Below are positions 1 to 9,236 of a stretch of DNA of 32,000 nt, piece after piece (within the stretch, counting starts at the first letter, position 1; the number at the start of each line of letters is the position of its first letter). The stretch comes from an uncultured archaeon. GTDB taxonomy: Archaea; Iainarchaeota; Iainarchaeia; Iainarchaeales; CSSED10-239. The stretch spans positions 1 to 32,000 of the forward strand of contig CAZCAP010000002.1 in NCBI GenBank assembly GCA_964496765.1, given 5' to 3'. The notes beneath the pieces are model-generated. The model saw only the letters and a list, made by a program, of their open reading frames with translations. It did no database searches and had not been told where the DNA came from. A program made the position numbers and the translations under genes.

Positions 1-73
1 TCAAAGCAACTGCAACCACGATAATCAATATAGTTGCAATAAGTGCGGAAACACCATTTTTATTTAATTTCAT
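1..73 (-). CDS. Archaeal type IV pilin-like protein, N-terminal fragment (gene runs off the window start)
   Basis: The reverse-strand ATG at 73..71 reads MKLNKNGVSALIATILIIVVAVAL. That is a basic n-region, then Gly, then an uninterrupted hydrophobic helix, which is the class III (prepilin-type) signal pattern. It closely parallels the N-terminus of the adjacent gene 102..572. Confidence 0.6.
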   Translation of the reverse strand, partial: MKLNKNGVSALIATILIIVVAVAL

Positions 74-101
74 ATATTCACCATTTTAGTTTTTAATTTG
101 T

Positions 102-572
102 TTATGTACACTTTGTTGTATATGTCATTTTATCAGGACAACTGGTTACGTGGACTTGAACCTTTTTTAGTGGTGTAACCAAGTCAGTAAAATCATCAGG
201 ATTAGAATAAACTGTATTATTAACCGCCATTGCATTACCTGTGAAATTAGGTTCAAAAGTTGAACTTGCAATAGTATTATTATTATCAATGACTGTCATA
301 ACTATATTATTATCGATTTGAACAGTAGACTTATCATACAATATAAAATTCAAACCATCAGTTGAATCATAGGTACACCCATAATCAATATAGATATCAA
401 CTGCACTACAGTCAATCCATTTATTTGTAGTATCAGATAAGCTTGCGGTTGTTTCTTTTGCATTCTGGCTAGACCAGGAATACAATATACCAGCAAGTGA
501 AAGTGATACAGCAACTAAAAGTATAGTTGCAATAAGTGGTGATAAACCTTTTTTCTTAATTAATAACTTCAT
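102..572 (-). CDS. Archaeal type IV pilin-like protein (class III signal peptide)
   Basis: The N-terminus MKLLIKKKG|LSPLIATILLVAVSLSLAGILYSW is a typical PibD/FlaK-type prepilin signal, as seen in the archaeal pilin/archaellin N-terminal domain. The globular part has 4 Cys. The gene lies directly downstream of two T2SS-F domain genes. Confidence 0.75.
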   Translation of the reverse strand: MKLLIKKKGLSPLIATILLVAVSLSLAGILYSWSSQNAKETTASLSDTTNKWIDCSAVDIYIDYGCTYDSTDGLNFILYDKSTVQIDNNIVMTVIDNNNTIASSTFEPNFTGNAMAVNNTVYSNPDDFTDLVTPLKKVQVHVTSCPDKMTYTTKCT

Positions 573-646
573 ATTAAATTCCTTCTTTATAATTATATAT
601 CATAGATACATATATAAATATATCTTTATTACTTTTCAAACAATGG

Positions 647-1507
647 TTATGGAATAAATAACAAAGAAACAACAACATAAATTGGAACGGACACAGAAAT
701 TAATATTACAGTGTGCTTTATTCCAGCAATTGAATTTCCTTCAGATATTTTACCAATAACTGGTCCTGCAAATATGCCTTGAATAATGATTAAATATAAA
801 AAATATCTATTAAAGTTAACATCAGATAAGGATTCTGTTTCTTTAACCGTTGAGCTTCCAGTCATTGACATTGAATTTGAACTCAACATAGGTAAAAATA
901 TAATTTGAATAATTAAAATAATGGCAATGAACACAAAAAACATAAAATAACTTGAAAAAACAGTTGAAAATGTTTTTGATCTTCTTTCATCAATCATATC
1001 ATTAACTGTTCTTACATATGTGGAAACTGATGCAAAAACTTTAATAATATTACCCCCAACTTTTGTAGTTTCAGAAATAATTTGTGCAACCTGTAAAAAC
1101 AATGGACTATCTATTTTACCAAAAACTTCTGTTAGTGCAACATCGAATGGAACCCCAATCTTCACCTGGGCTGCAAGTCTCTTTAGTGGTTCATTTAATG
1201 CACCATAGTCATGTTCTGTTGTTATCTCTATGGCAGTAACAATATTCATACCACCCTGAAGAAGATCTTTTAGGTCGTCAAGAAAAATAAATAAATTTCT
1301 TTCTAGAGAAGTCATTTTTGCAGCATGTATTCTTGCTGCAAGCCCAACTGCAAGCAATATAGGAAATATTGCAAAAATAACAAACTTAGTATTAAATAAA
1401 GCAACCAGGAGGATTATACTACCAATCCCACCTCTAACACAATACTTTAGAAAAAATTCTTGCTTAGGTGTTAGGTCTATTTGCAATAAACTTTTGTAAT
1501 CAAACAT
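647..1507 (-). CDS. Type IV pilus/Tad-like platform membrane protein, single T2SS-F (GspF/TadC/FlaJ) domain
   Basis: 286 aa. A helical cytoplasmic segment (LFIFLDDLKDLLQGGMNIVTAIE...GVPFDVAL...ETTKVGGNI) flanked by TM helices matches the T2SSF domain pattern. The gene is 12 nt downstream of a paralogous gene and next to the pilins. Confidence 0.7.
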   Translation of the reverse strand: MFDYKSLLQIDLTPKQEFFLKYCVRGGIGSIILLVALFNTKFVIFAIFPILLAVGLAARIHAAKMTSLERNLFIFLDDLKDLLQGGMNIVTAIEITTEHDYGALNEPLKRLAAQVKIGVPFDVALTEVFGKIDSPLFLQVAQIISETTKVGGNIIKVFASVSTYVRTVNDMIDERRSKTFSTVFSSYFMFFVFIAIILIIQIIFLPMLSSNSMSMTGSSTVKETESLSDVNFNRYFLYLIIIQGIFAGPVIGKISEGNSIAGIKHTVILISVSVPIYVVVSLLFIP

Positions 1508-1519
1508 ATACTATTCACT

Positions 1520-2401
1520 CTATCCAACTAAATTTATTATTATTATGAAAATTATATTAATTAATGGTACTACAAAGAACACACCAAGAACCACAAGCAG
1601 GGATATGCTCAATCCACCAATTCCCCCGCTTCCAACCATTCCAAGAAGCATAATTCCAGAAAAAATAAATAATGGCCCCGCAATTACAACTGTTGAATAA
1701 ATATCTCCAAATGCATCTGCTTTTTTATTTTGGTTATCTAGCATTAATTTAAACTCAAACCTTGCATGATCAGCTTTCTTTTTCATAAACTCTGACAATG
1801 AACCACCAGATTCCACATTTGATTTTAAATCAAGTAAAAATTTCTTGAGCTCGAATGAAGGAGTTTTCTTTGCAACCAAATCAATTGCTTCTAAAAGAGA
1901 GATACCTAAATTATCAATATAATAAATTATTTTTGAAAACTCAGCACTAAGATATTCATTCTTTCCTCTAATTATTGTGGTTGAAAAAATGGCTTCCGGC
2001 GGGGCTCCTGATTCAGCAACACTAGACATTCCAAGTATTACTAGAGGCAGATTGATTTTTATACTTGTTATTTTTGATCCTACAATCATATAGGGATTAA
2101 ATAGAGCATATGCAGAAAATCCAACAAGTGCAATTATTGCTATAATAAGCACTGTTCCAAATGAAACTGATGTTGGAAAAGCAAAGGTTAATAGGCTTCC
2201 AAAAAATAAAATTAATATGAATGCCATTACTGCATAAAAAAACCATCTTGAAAAATAAGAATCCATATCTTCTGCAATATCTGCCTGTTCTAGCTTGGTA
2301 TCAAATTCTGGAAAGTTAATGTTTCTAGTGATAGGTAGAAAAAGTTCATACATCTTTTTTTCTAGAGGTGATGGTATTGATTTTTTTAATAGTCTGTCCA
2401 T
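1520..2401 (-). CDS. Type IV pilus/Tad-like platform membrane protein, single T2SS-F (TadB/FlaJ-like) domain
   Basis: 293 aa. It shows the FlaJ/TadB-like pattern (SVAESGAPPEAIF...GISLLEAIDLVAKKTPSFELKKFL...VESGGSLSEFM) with flanking TM helices. It is co-oriented with 647..1507. Confidence 0.7.
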   Translation of the reverse strand: MDRLLKKSIPSPLEKKMYELFLPITRNINFPEFDTKLEQADIAEDMDSYFSRWFFYAVMAFILILFFGSLLTFAFPTSVSFGTVLIIAIIALVGFSAYALFNPYMIVGSKITSIKINLPLVILGMSSVAESGAPPEAIFSTTIIRGKNEYLSAEFSKIIYYIDNLGISLLEAIDLVAKKTPSFELKKFLLDLKSNVESGGSLSEFMKKKADHARFEFKLMLDNQNKKADAFGDIYSTVVIAGPLFIFSGIMLLGMVGSGGIGGLSISLLVVLGVFFVVPLINIIFIIIINLVG

Positions 2402-2481
2402 TATATAATCTTACTCTATAAAATATATTATATTCAATATATAAGTTAACTATTTTATTTTTATATCTTTCTATATATACA

Positions 2482-3585
2482 TTACACAGTAAATTCAACA
2501 ATATCTTTATTTTTTAAGATATAATTTTTAGAAACAGTCATTCCAGGAAACTTAGTGGAACCCCAAACCCTTGCATACTTCAGATCCCTAGCAAATGTTT
2601 TGTGTATTGATTTTGCGGCATCAAGAACTGTTGCTCCCTGGTCAAGAACCAGTGGTTCAGTGGTGTCTGCTTTTCTTCCTGGTTTTTTTGTATAAATTAT
2701 GTTTTTATTAACTAGTCTAAATATGTCTTCAGTTATTTCTAACTTTTGGGATAGATCAAAGGTGTGTATGTTCCTGTAGGTAAATGATTTTATTGCTTTT
2801 GTAAATGGCATTGAAACAGCAATTGTCTTAACAAAGCAAGCTCTTGGATTAATTAATCTTACTAGATCATCCAAGCTTGTTTTTTCATTTAAAATAATGT
2901 TATGGGATCTAAATCCTGCATTTTTTAAAAAATTAGTTGCTTGTTCCTTTGGAATTTGAAGATTTTGCTCGTTAACAAATGAAACTCCTAGATATTCACT
3001 TCTAATTATTTCAATTTTTGGTTTATCATGAGTAATAAAAACATCCTTTCTCTCAAGCTTTGTAATTAGAATATCAAGTTCATCCCTTGAACCATCTTTA
3101 ATTATAAGAATAATTGCATCTGCAACCCTCATCATTGAATAAACCTGTGTTGAAAGTTCTTGATTTTCTAAAAATGAAGGAACCTCTATTAATTGAATTA
3201 TTGCACCACCAAAATTTAATACACCAACCTCTGGTCTTTTTGTAGTATAGGGATAGGGCGCAATAACAGGTTTCGCATTTGTAAGATTGGTAAGAAATGT
3301 GCTTTTTCCAGAATTTGGAAGTCCAACAATAACAACCTGACCAGCTCCTTCTTTCTTAATATTTATTGCATTACCTGATTTCTTAGCAGCTGCTGCTTGC
3401 TTTTCCATTTTTGATTTCAAAGCAGACAATTTTCTTGAAAGTTCTTTTCTTAAATTTTCTGCACCCTTATGGCTAGGAGCTTTAGACATCATGTCCTGAA
3501 GAGCAATAATTTTTTCATCATCACTTCTTGCATCATCATATCTTTTTTCTGCAATAGCATACTCAAAAGAAACATTTGTAGGCAT
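2482..3585 (-). CDS. DRG/Rbg1-type OBG-family GTPase with C-terminal TGS domain
   Basis: G1 motif GLPNSGKST. An N-terminal helical region is followed by the GTPase core and a C-terminal TGS-like end (GATVLDAAKSIHKTFARDLKYARVWG...DIVEF). The length of 367 aa is typical of archaeal DRG. Confidence 0.8.
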   Translation of the reverse strand: MPTNVSFEYAIAEKRYDDARSDDEKIIALQDMMSKAPSHKGAENLRKELSRKLSALKSKMEKQAAAAKKSGNAINIKKEGAGQVVIVGLPNSGKSTFLTNLTNAKPVIAPYPYTTKRPEVGVLNFGGAIIQLIEVPSFLENQELSTQVYSMMRVADAIILIIKDGSRDELDILITKLERKDVFITHDKPKIEIIRSEYLGVSFVNEQNLQIPKEQATNFLKNAGFRSHNIILNEKTSLDDLVRLINPRACFVKTIAVSMPFTKAIKSFTYRNIHTFDLSQKLEITEDIFRLVNKNIIYTKKPGRKADTTEPLVLDQGATVLDAAKSIHKTFARDLKYARVWGSTKFPGMTVSKNYILKNKDIVEFTV

Positions 3586-3601
3586 AGCTTTTTTTCTCAG
3601 T

Positions 3602-4210
3602 TTATTTATTAGTTATCTTTAATATTATTAGTTTCTCAAAGAATATATTCCTTTCCCTGAGTATACTATAGTGTAAATTGTTTTTTATAATTTGCTTAAA
3701 TATGTAATGAGGGTTGTTAAATGATGAAATTAGTAAATAACACACTCCATTCTTTGATAAATGTTCTTTTAAACCTTTTAAAAATTTTAAAATTACCCCT
3801 CTTCCAAAAGCTCCACCATCTGTTGCTAATTTTTCAATTTCTTCTTCTTTAGGAATTCCCTGGGAAGGAACATAGGGTGGATTGAATATAATTAAATCAA
3901 ATTTCCTTTTAATATTATTGAAAAGATTTGATTTTATTATTTTCATTTTATCTAATTTATATTTTATTTTTAAATCATTAAAATAATTAATTACTATTGG
4001 ATTAATATCAGTAACAACTAATTCATTTACTTGTTTGTAAATTCCAAGAGATATGTATCCTGAGCCAGCACCCATTTCTAGAGCACAATCAATAGATTTT
4101 TGTTTTAAATCTGTTTCCAGGGTTTCAAGTAAAAGATATGTGTCTTCTGCAGGAGGATAAATTTCCGGAGGAAGAGATAAACAATACTCTTTAAAATTCA
4201 TTTTTATCAT
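3602..4210 (-). CDS. HemK2/Mtq2-like N5-glutamine (release factor) methyltransferase
   Basis: Motifs IYPPAEDTYLLLETL, SAM-binding LEMGAGSGYIS and catalytic NPPYVP. I moved the start to the internal Met (MIKMNFKEY, ATG at 4210). The longer ORF-track start at 4264 would overlap the divergent tatD start and adds a low-complexity extension. Confidence 0.7.
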   Translation of the reverse strand: MIKMNFKEYCLSLPPEIYPPAEDTYLLLETLETDLKQKSIDCALEMGAGSGYISLGIYKQVNELVVTDINPIVINYFNDLKIKYKLDKMKIIKSNLFNNIKRKFDLIIFNPPYVPSQGIPKEEEIEKLATDGGAFGRGVILKFLKGLKEHLSKNGVCYLLISSFNNPHYIFKQIIKNNLHYSILRERNIFFEKLIILKITNK

Positions 4211-4219
4211 AATATATAT

Positions 4220-4969
4220 ATGATTAATAAAGATTATAATGCTTATCTTGATGTCCATTGCCACTATGATGAATTAAAAGTAGATTATCTAAGAGAAACA
4301 TTAACTAAAAATAATATCCATGCAATTAGTGCATCAGTTGATATTGAGAGCTATAGAAGACTGGAAAAATTAAGAACTGAAAAAATAAATAACATTAATT
4401 TCGCATATGGGATTTATCCTGATGAGGTTATTAAAAAATCAATTACCACACTTCTTGATGAACTAAAAGAAATTAATTTCGAAAATGCAATTGCCATTGG
4501 GGAGATTGGACTAGATTATAAGGTTACAAAAGATATTCAATTAAGAGACAATCAAAAAATACTTTTTGCAAAACAACTGGAGATTGCAGAAAAGCTTGAT
4601 AAACCAATTATTGTACACACAAGGTATGCAACAAAAGCAACTCTTGATTTTCTAAAAGATTATAACAGACTAACAGTTATTCTTCATTGGTTCTCTGGTA
4701 ATCCAAATGAAATTAAAGAAGCACTAGATAGAGGGTATTATCTTACTCAAAGATATGCAAGCCCAAAAATAGAAAACTTAAAAGAAAAATTGTGCCAAAT
4801 ATTTATTGAAACAGATTATCCAGTTTACAAAGATGGGAAACCAATTGAAATCACAGGAATAATTGATTCCTATGATTCTTTTTGTAAGGAATATAATCTC
4901 TCACTGGAGAATATAAAAGAACGAATGATAAAAAATTTTGAAAAGGTATTTAATAGGATTGATGAATAA
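4220..4969 (+). CDS. tatD: TatD-family metal-dependent hydrolase/DNase
   Basis: N-terminal DVHCH metal-binding motif, EIGLDY and HTR/HWFSG motifs, and a TIM-barrel-sized 249 aa. Confidence 0.75.
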   Translation: MINKDYNAYLDVHCHYDELKVDYLRETLTKNNIHAISASVDIESYRRLEKLRTEKINNINFAYGIYPDEVIKKSITTLLDELKEINFENAIAIGEIGLDYKVTKDIQLRDNQKILFAKQLEIAEKLDKPIIVHTRYATKATLDFLKDYNRLTVILHWFSGNPNEIKEALDRGYYLTQRYASPKIENLKEKLCQIFIETDYPVYKDGKPIEITGIIDSYDSFCKEYNLSLENIKERMIKNFEKVFNRIDE

Positions 4970-5002
4970 GTATATAACAAGTTAAATTGAATGTGAAATA
5001 TT

Positions 5003-5665
5003 ATGGCAGAAGAAGTTGTTTTTGAGGATTTCCAACCAAAGGAAATTAAATTTAAAAAATATTTAGAATTAAGAGATATAACCATAGCTTGGCTTGCCAT
5101 ATCTATTTGCTTTGCACTAGTTCTTGGTGGATTTAATGTGATTGCAGGAATTAAAATAAAATTTTTATTTGCCTGGGCAAAACTTCCACTATATTTGATC
5201 ATTTCATTAATAGTTACAGGAACATCCTTTATTTTACATGAATTAGCACACAAATATTCAGCAATATACATTGGTGCAAAAGCTAAATTTGTAATGTGGA
5301 GAAATTCATTAATACTTTCTGTTGCTTTTTCTGCAATTGTTGGATTTGTTTTTGTTGCTCCAGGTGCAGTTTATATTTATGGGAAAAGGTTAACCATTAA
5401 AGAAGATGGATTAACATCACTTGCTGGCCCAGCAATAAATATTATTATGGGATTTATATTTATTATTATATTTATTTTACTTGGCTCACCACAAACTGGA
5501 CTTGCATCACTAATAATTAGCTACGGAATTTTTATTAATTTCTGGATTGCATTATTCAATCTTCTTCCAATAGGTCCATTGGATGGAAGAAAAATATTCA
5601 CCTGGAATCCAGCAATCTGGGTAATTGCAACTGCAATTCCAGTATTGTTTTTATTTATATTCTAG
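5003..5665 (+). CDS. Site-2 protease family (M50) intramembrane metalloprotease
   Basis: HELAHK zinc motif within a TM helix, plus the distal NLLPIGPLDG motif. The protein is polytopic. Confidence 0.8.
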   Translation: MAEEVVFEDFQPKEIKFKKYLELRDITIAWLAISICFALVLGGFNVIAGIKIKFLFAWAKLPLYLIISLIVTGTSFILHELAHKYSAIYIGAKAKFVMWRNSLILSVAFSAIVGFVFVAPGAVYIYGKRLTIKEDGLTSLAGPAINIIMGFIFIIIFILLGSPQTGLASLIISYGIFINFWIALFNLLPIGPLDGRKIFTWNPAIWVIATAIPVLFLFIF

Positions 5666-5675
5666 TGCAAGATAT

Positions 5676-7844
5676 TTATTGAATATATCTTGCAATAGTT
5701 CTATCTTCTTTAAATGAATCATAAATAGAATCTGTATTATTTTCTTTCAGATTTTTTCTCATTTTTTCAAAAATCTGGGTTATGTGCTTTTCCTTTAGCT
5801 TTGTATCTTTGTAATCTGATTCCTTGATTGCAAGAAGAACTGAATCAGTAATTAATAATTGAAGATCAGCACCAGTAAATCCATTTGTTTTTTTAACAAG
5901 AGTATCCACATTAATTTTATCATGTGGTGTCTTCTTTAAAAGAACATCAATTATCTCTTTTCTGTCTACATCACTAGGAACTCTGAACTCAATTATTTTA
6001 TCTATTCTTCCTGAACGAAGGAATGACTTATCAATTAGATCAGGGCGATTACTTGCAGCAACAAACACGATGTCTTTTCCTGAAATGTTATCGAGCTCAG
6101 ATAATAATTGATCAAGAACTTTTGTTTGATTTGTGTTTCCATCCTTATCTCTTGTAATGGAATCAATCTCATCAAAGAAAAGAATACAGGGTGAGACGTC
6201 CTTTGCTTTCTTAAATATGTTTCTAATTGTTTTTTCACTTTCTCCAAGATATTTATCAAGAACCTCGGGGCCCTTAACATAAATAAAATTCACTTTAAAC
6301 TCCTTAGCGCTTGCTTTAACAAACATGGTTTTTCCAGTACCAGGAAGCCCATAGAGTAATATTTTGGTTTGTGGTTTAATGTTCATTTTTTCAAGAAGCT
6401 CTTTCTTCTTGAGATTAAGATTAATAACATCTCTCATAATTTCTTTCTCATTCTTCAAAGCACCAATTGATGAATAATCTATATCTGGAATTTCGACAAA
6501 TACCTCACGAAGACCAGATGGTTGTATTAGTTTTAATGCACCCATGAAATCATTTTTTGTAATACATAATTTTTCTAGGATAGCCAAAGGAATCCCTTCA
6601 TTTTTTTTCTTTTTATCAAACAAATCCAAGTCCTTAACAGCTCTTTTGATTGAAATAATTGCAGCTTCCTTTACTAAATGCGCAAGATCTGCACCCACAA
6701 AACCATGTGTTATTTTTGAAATTTCTTTTAGAGACACGTTTTTATCCATTGGAACATTTCTAGTGTGTATTCGCAAGATATCTAATCTGCCTTCCTCATC
6801 AGGAACTGAAATATTTATTTCCCTATCGAATCTTCCTGGTCTTCTTAGAGCTGGATCAATGTCTGAGCTTCTGTTTGTTGCACCAATAATAATTACATCC
6901 CCACGATTACTCATTCCATCCATTGATGCAAGGAGTTGGGCAACAACTCTTTTTTCAACCTCATTAACTAGATTTTCTCTTTTTGGTGCAATTGCATCAA
7001 TCTCATCAATAAATATAATTGCTGGAGTCTTGCTTTGTGCTTTCTTAAATATCTGTCTTAGGCGTTCCTCTGCTTCTCCAACATATTTTGCCATAATTTG
7101 AGGCGCATCAAATGCAATAAAGTTTGCTTTCAACTCATTTGATAGTGCTTTTGCTAAAAGTGTTTTTCCAGTTCCTGGAGGTCCATAAAGTAGAATTCCC
7201 TTTGGAGGAGTAACATTTAATTTATTAAATAATTCAGGATACTTGAATGGAAGTTCAACCATTTCCTTTACTGCATCCATTTGTTTTCTTAAACCACCAA
7301 CATCCTCATAGCCAATAAATGTTTCTGCTTTTAATTGGGTTATTGGCTTTTTACTAACTACAAAATTAGTTGCATCAGATAAGATTACACAACCTGCAGG
7401 CTTAGTTTCTTTAATATAATAAAGATAACTTGTTCCAAACACATTTATCATAACAGTGTTACCTTCTAGGAAGGGTCTTCCAAGAAAGCTTCTTTTAATA
7501 ATTAGATCATAGTTATCTGATAACAGATTTACTTCCTTTAGGGGCACCATAACAATTTCTTGGGCAATTTGAGGATTAATCTTTTTAATTGTAACTATAT
7601 CTCCTATTGTAACTCCTGCATTCTGTCTTGTGTATTGATCCATTCTAATTGTATTTTCATCCAGTGGATTATTTTTCTCAGGCCATACTTGAGCAACAGT
7701 TTTCTTTTCACCCATTATCTCAATAACGTCTCCAGAGATGATTTCAAGCTTTTGCTTAAGAATAACAGATAAGGTAATTATTCCTTTCCCAATATAATCT
7801 CCAAGAGCTTCCTGGACTTTAAGTTTGATTTCTGTTTCTTGCAT
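5676..7844 (-). CDS. cdc48: CDC48/VCP/p97-type AAA+ ATPase (two AAA domains)
   Basis: N-terminal CDC48_N-like beta-barrel region. D1 has Walker A GPPGTGKT and Walker B IIFIDEIDA. D2 has Walker A GLPGTGKT and Walker B ILFFDEIDS. 722 aa. Confidence 0.9.
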   Translation of the reverse strand: MQETEIKLKVQEALGDYIGKGIITLSVILKQKLEIISGDVIEIMGEKKTVAQVWPEKNNPLDENTIRMDQYTRQNAGVTIGDIVTIKKINPQIAQEIVMVPLKEVNLLSDNYDLIIKRSFLGRPFLEGNTVMINVFGTSYLYYIKETKPAGCVILSDATNFVVSKKPITQLKAETFIGYEDVGGLRKQMDAVKEMVELPFKYPELFNKLNVTPPKGILLYGPPGTGKTLLAKALSNELKANFIAFDAPQIMAKYVGEAEERLRQIFKKAQSKTPAIIFIDEIDAIAPKRENLVNEVEKRVVAQLLASMDGMSNRGDVIIIGATNRSSDIDPALRRPGRFDREINISVPDEEGRLDILRIHTRNVPMDKNVSLKEISKITHGFVGADLAHLVKEAAIISIKRAVKDLDLFDKKKKNEGIPLAILEKLCITKNDFMGALKLIQPSGLREVFVEIPDIDYSSIGALKNEKEIMRDVINLNLKKKELLEKMNIKPQTKILLYGLPGTGKTMFVKASAKEFKVNFIYVKGPEVLDKYLGESEKTIRNIFKKAKDVSPCILFFDEIDSITRDKDGNTNQTKVLDQLLSELDNISGKDIVFVAASNRPDLIDKSFLRSGRIDKIIEFRVPSDVDRKEIIDVLLKKTPHDKINVDTLVKKTNGFTGADLQLLITDSVLLAIKESDYKDTKLKEKHITQIFEKMRKNLKENNTDSIYDSFKEDRTIARYIQ

Positions 7845-7861
7845 AACTAATCATTTCTATT

Positions 7862-8668
7862 TTATTCAATTAATTTACAATCTCCTGGTGGGAGCATTGC
7901 ATCTATTTCTTCGGTGGTCACAGTTATTCCTTTTTTTTCTAATTTTTTCTTTAATTCAGCTACAACTGTTGATTTTCTTTCTTCTCCAGGAATTAACTTA
8001 AAACAAAGTTTATGTTTACTTTTGATCACATCAAATGGCCCAGAAACCACACCTAGCTTTTCATCAAAACCCAATCCACAGGTTAGGTCTAGTTTTCTAA
8101 AGTATTCTCTTTTCCCTCTAATCACAAATGCTCCAGAACCAACAGATTCTCCTGTGTTTGCTGTTTTTGAAACCTGATCAGGGGTTGTTGAATATACATC
8201 AACAGAAAATATTTTTGATTTCCAAGCTGAAGAAAACATTCCAGCAAAGGTTGCTGCTTCTCTTCTATCCCCCTCTTCAATATCTTCTTTCTTAGGATTT
8301 TTAATGATCACGTGCGGAGCTCCATGGATATCAGCATGAAAATAAACATCCTCATCTTCCATGTGCTTTTTAATTAATAGTTCATTATTTCTTGAATCTC
8401 GTCCAGCAAGCACAAGATGATTATTGGTTGTAAAGAACCATCTGAATTTATGGTACCACAGATTTGCTACTGATTTATCTTTCTTTTTTTCAAAAATGGT
8501 TTTTTCCTTTTTTGTTTTTATTTCATTTTCCTTTTCTATTAATTTTTTTTCTGTAACTTTAAGTGCATTTTCTAAACGAGAGAGTTTACCCTTATATTTA
8601 TTTCTTTCATTATATTTATTTTCTGCATTACGTCCAGCACCCAGCAGATAATTTATTTCAACGTCCAT
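7862..8668 (-). CDS. NFACT-R (DUF814) domain protein, short Rqc2/RqcH/FbpA-related form lacking NFACT-N
   Basis: A coiled-coil N-terminus is followed by WYHKFRWFFTTNNHLVLAGRDSRNNELLIKKHM...DVYFHADIHGAPHVIIKN, the NFACT-R signature. At 268 aa it is shorter than the full-length archaeal homologues, which I recall (not verified) as roughly 600 aa or more. It lies 17 nt upstream of cdc48 on the same strand. Confidence 0.7.
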   Translation of the reverse strand: MDVEINYLLGAGRNAENKYNERNKYKGKLSRLENALKVTEKKLIEKENEIKTKKEKTIFEKKKDKSVANLWYHKFRWFFTTNNHLVLAGRDSRNNELLIKKHMEDEDVYFHADIHGAPHVIIKNPKKEDIEEGDRREAATFAGMFSSAWKSKIFSVDVYSTTPDQVSKTANTGESVGSGAFVIRGKREYFRKLDLTCGLGFDEKLGVVSGPFDVIKSKHKLCFKLIPGEERKSTVVAELKKKLEKKGITVTTEEIDAMLPPGDCKLIE

Positions 8669-8690
8669 ATTATCATCACAAATTTAATTT

Positions 8691-9236
8691 TTATTTATCC
8701 TCAATACCCTGTTCCTCTGCTAAAAGATCAATGATTGCATCAATCTCATTGGTTTTTTTATGATAGGGATTTGATAAATAAAACACAGAACTTTTTTTAA
8801 CAAAATCATAGTAGTTGGGAATTGTGTGAGCATACTTATTTTTAATATTATTATAATAATCTTCTATATTCTTTGATAAAAAACCAATTGCAAAGTTTGT
8901 ATTATTTTCAGAAATCACTTCTGATGCAATCAACACATTTTTATCCCTGCTAATAACTCCTAATAATTTTTTATAGGCTTCCTTATTGGACACATCCAAT
9001 TGGAGGTAGGACTTTGCAGGAAGATTATAACCAACTAGTTGAGGATCAAGTAGTGGTCTATAGCCTGTAATGAATTTTTCTTCTTCAAAAAAATCAATGG
9101 ATGATTTTATGGTTGCACGATGAAAGCCAGTAACCTTTTTTATTCTCCTGATATTTGGAAGAATACATCCATTTTTTCTCATTGCAGTTAATATCTTTAT
9201 CCTTATTGGATCTGTTATTTTTTTAACAATAGCCAT
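8691..9236 (-). CDS. Winged-helix transcriptional regulator, Lrp/AsnC-like
   Basis: N-terminal HTH-like segment (IRIKILTAMRKNG...IKKVTGFHRATIKSSIDFFEEEKFITGYRPLLDPQLVGY), followed by an effector-like domain. This resembles the Lrp/AsnC HTH to RAM transition. Confidence 0.5.
   Translation of the reverse strand: MAIVKKITDPIRIKILTAMRKNGCILPNIRRIKKVTGFHRATIKSSIDFFEEEKFITGYRPLLDPQLVGYNLPAKSYLQLDVSNKEAYKKLLGVISRDKNVLIASEVISENNTNFAIGFLSKNIEDYYNNIKNKYAHTIPNYYDFVKKSSVFYLSNPYHKKTNEIDAIIDLLAEEQGIEDK

Noticed and set aside
4870-5271. 133-aa - strand ORF bridging the tatD 3' end and the M50 protease 5' end
   Set aside because: It overlaps two well-supported + strand genes and has no recognisable features.
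6544-7101. 185-aa + strand ORF and other ORFs (6035..6280, 7560..7772) inside the CDC48 locus
   Set aside because: They lie antisense to or out of frame with a 722-aa gene that has unambiguous double AAA+ motifs. Long spurious ORFs of this kind are common in AT-rich DNA.
7659-7669. A second occurrence of ATCCAGTGGAT (the dyad core from the cdc6 upstream region) inside cdc48
   Set aside because: It lies within coding sequence (reverse frame ...NPLDEN...) and lacks the full 13-nt dyad and intergenic context. It is most likely a chance match.
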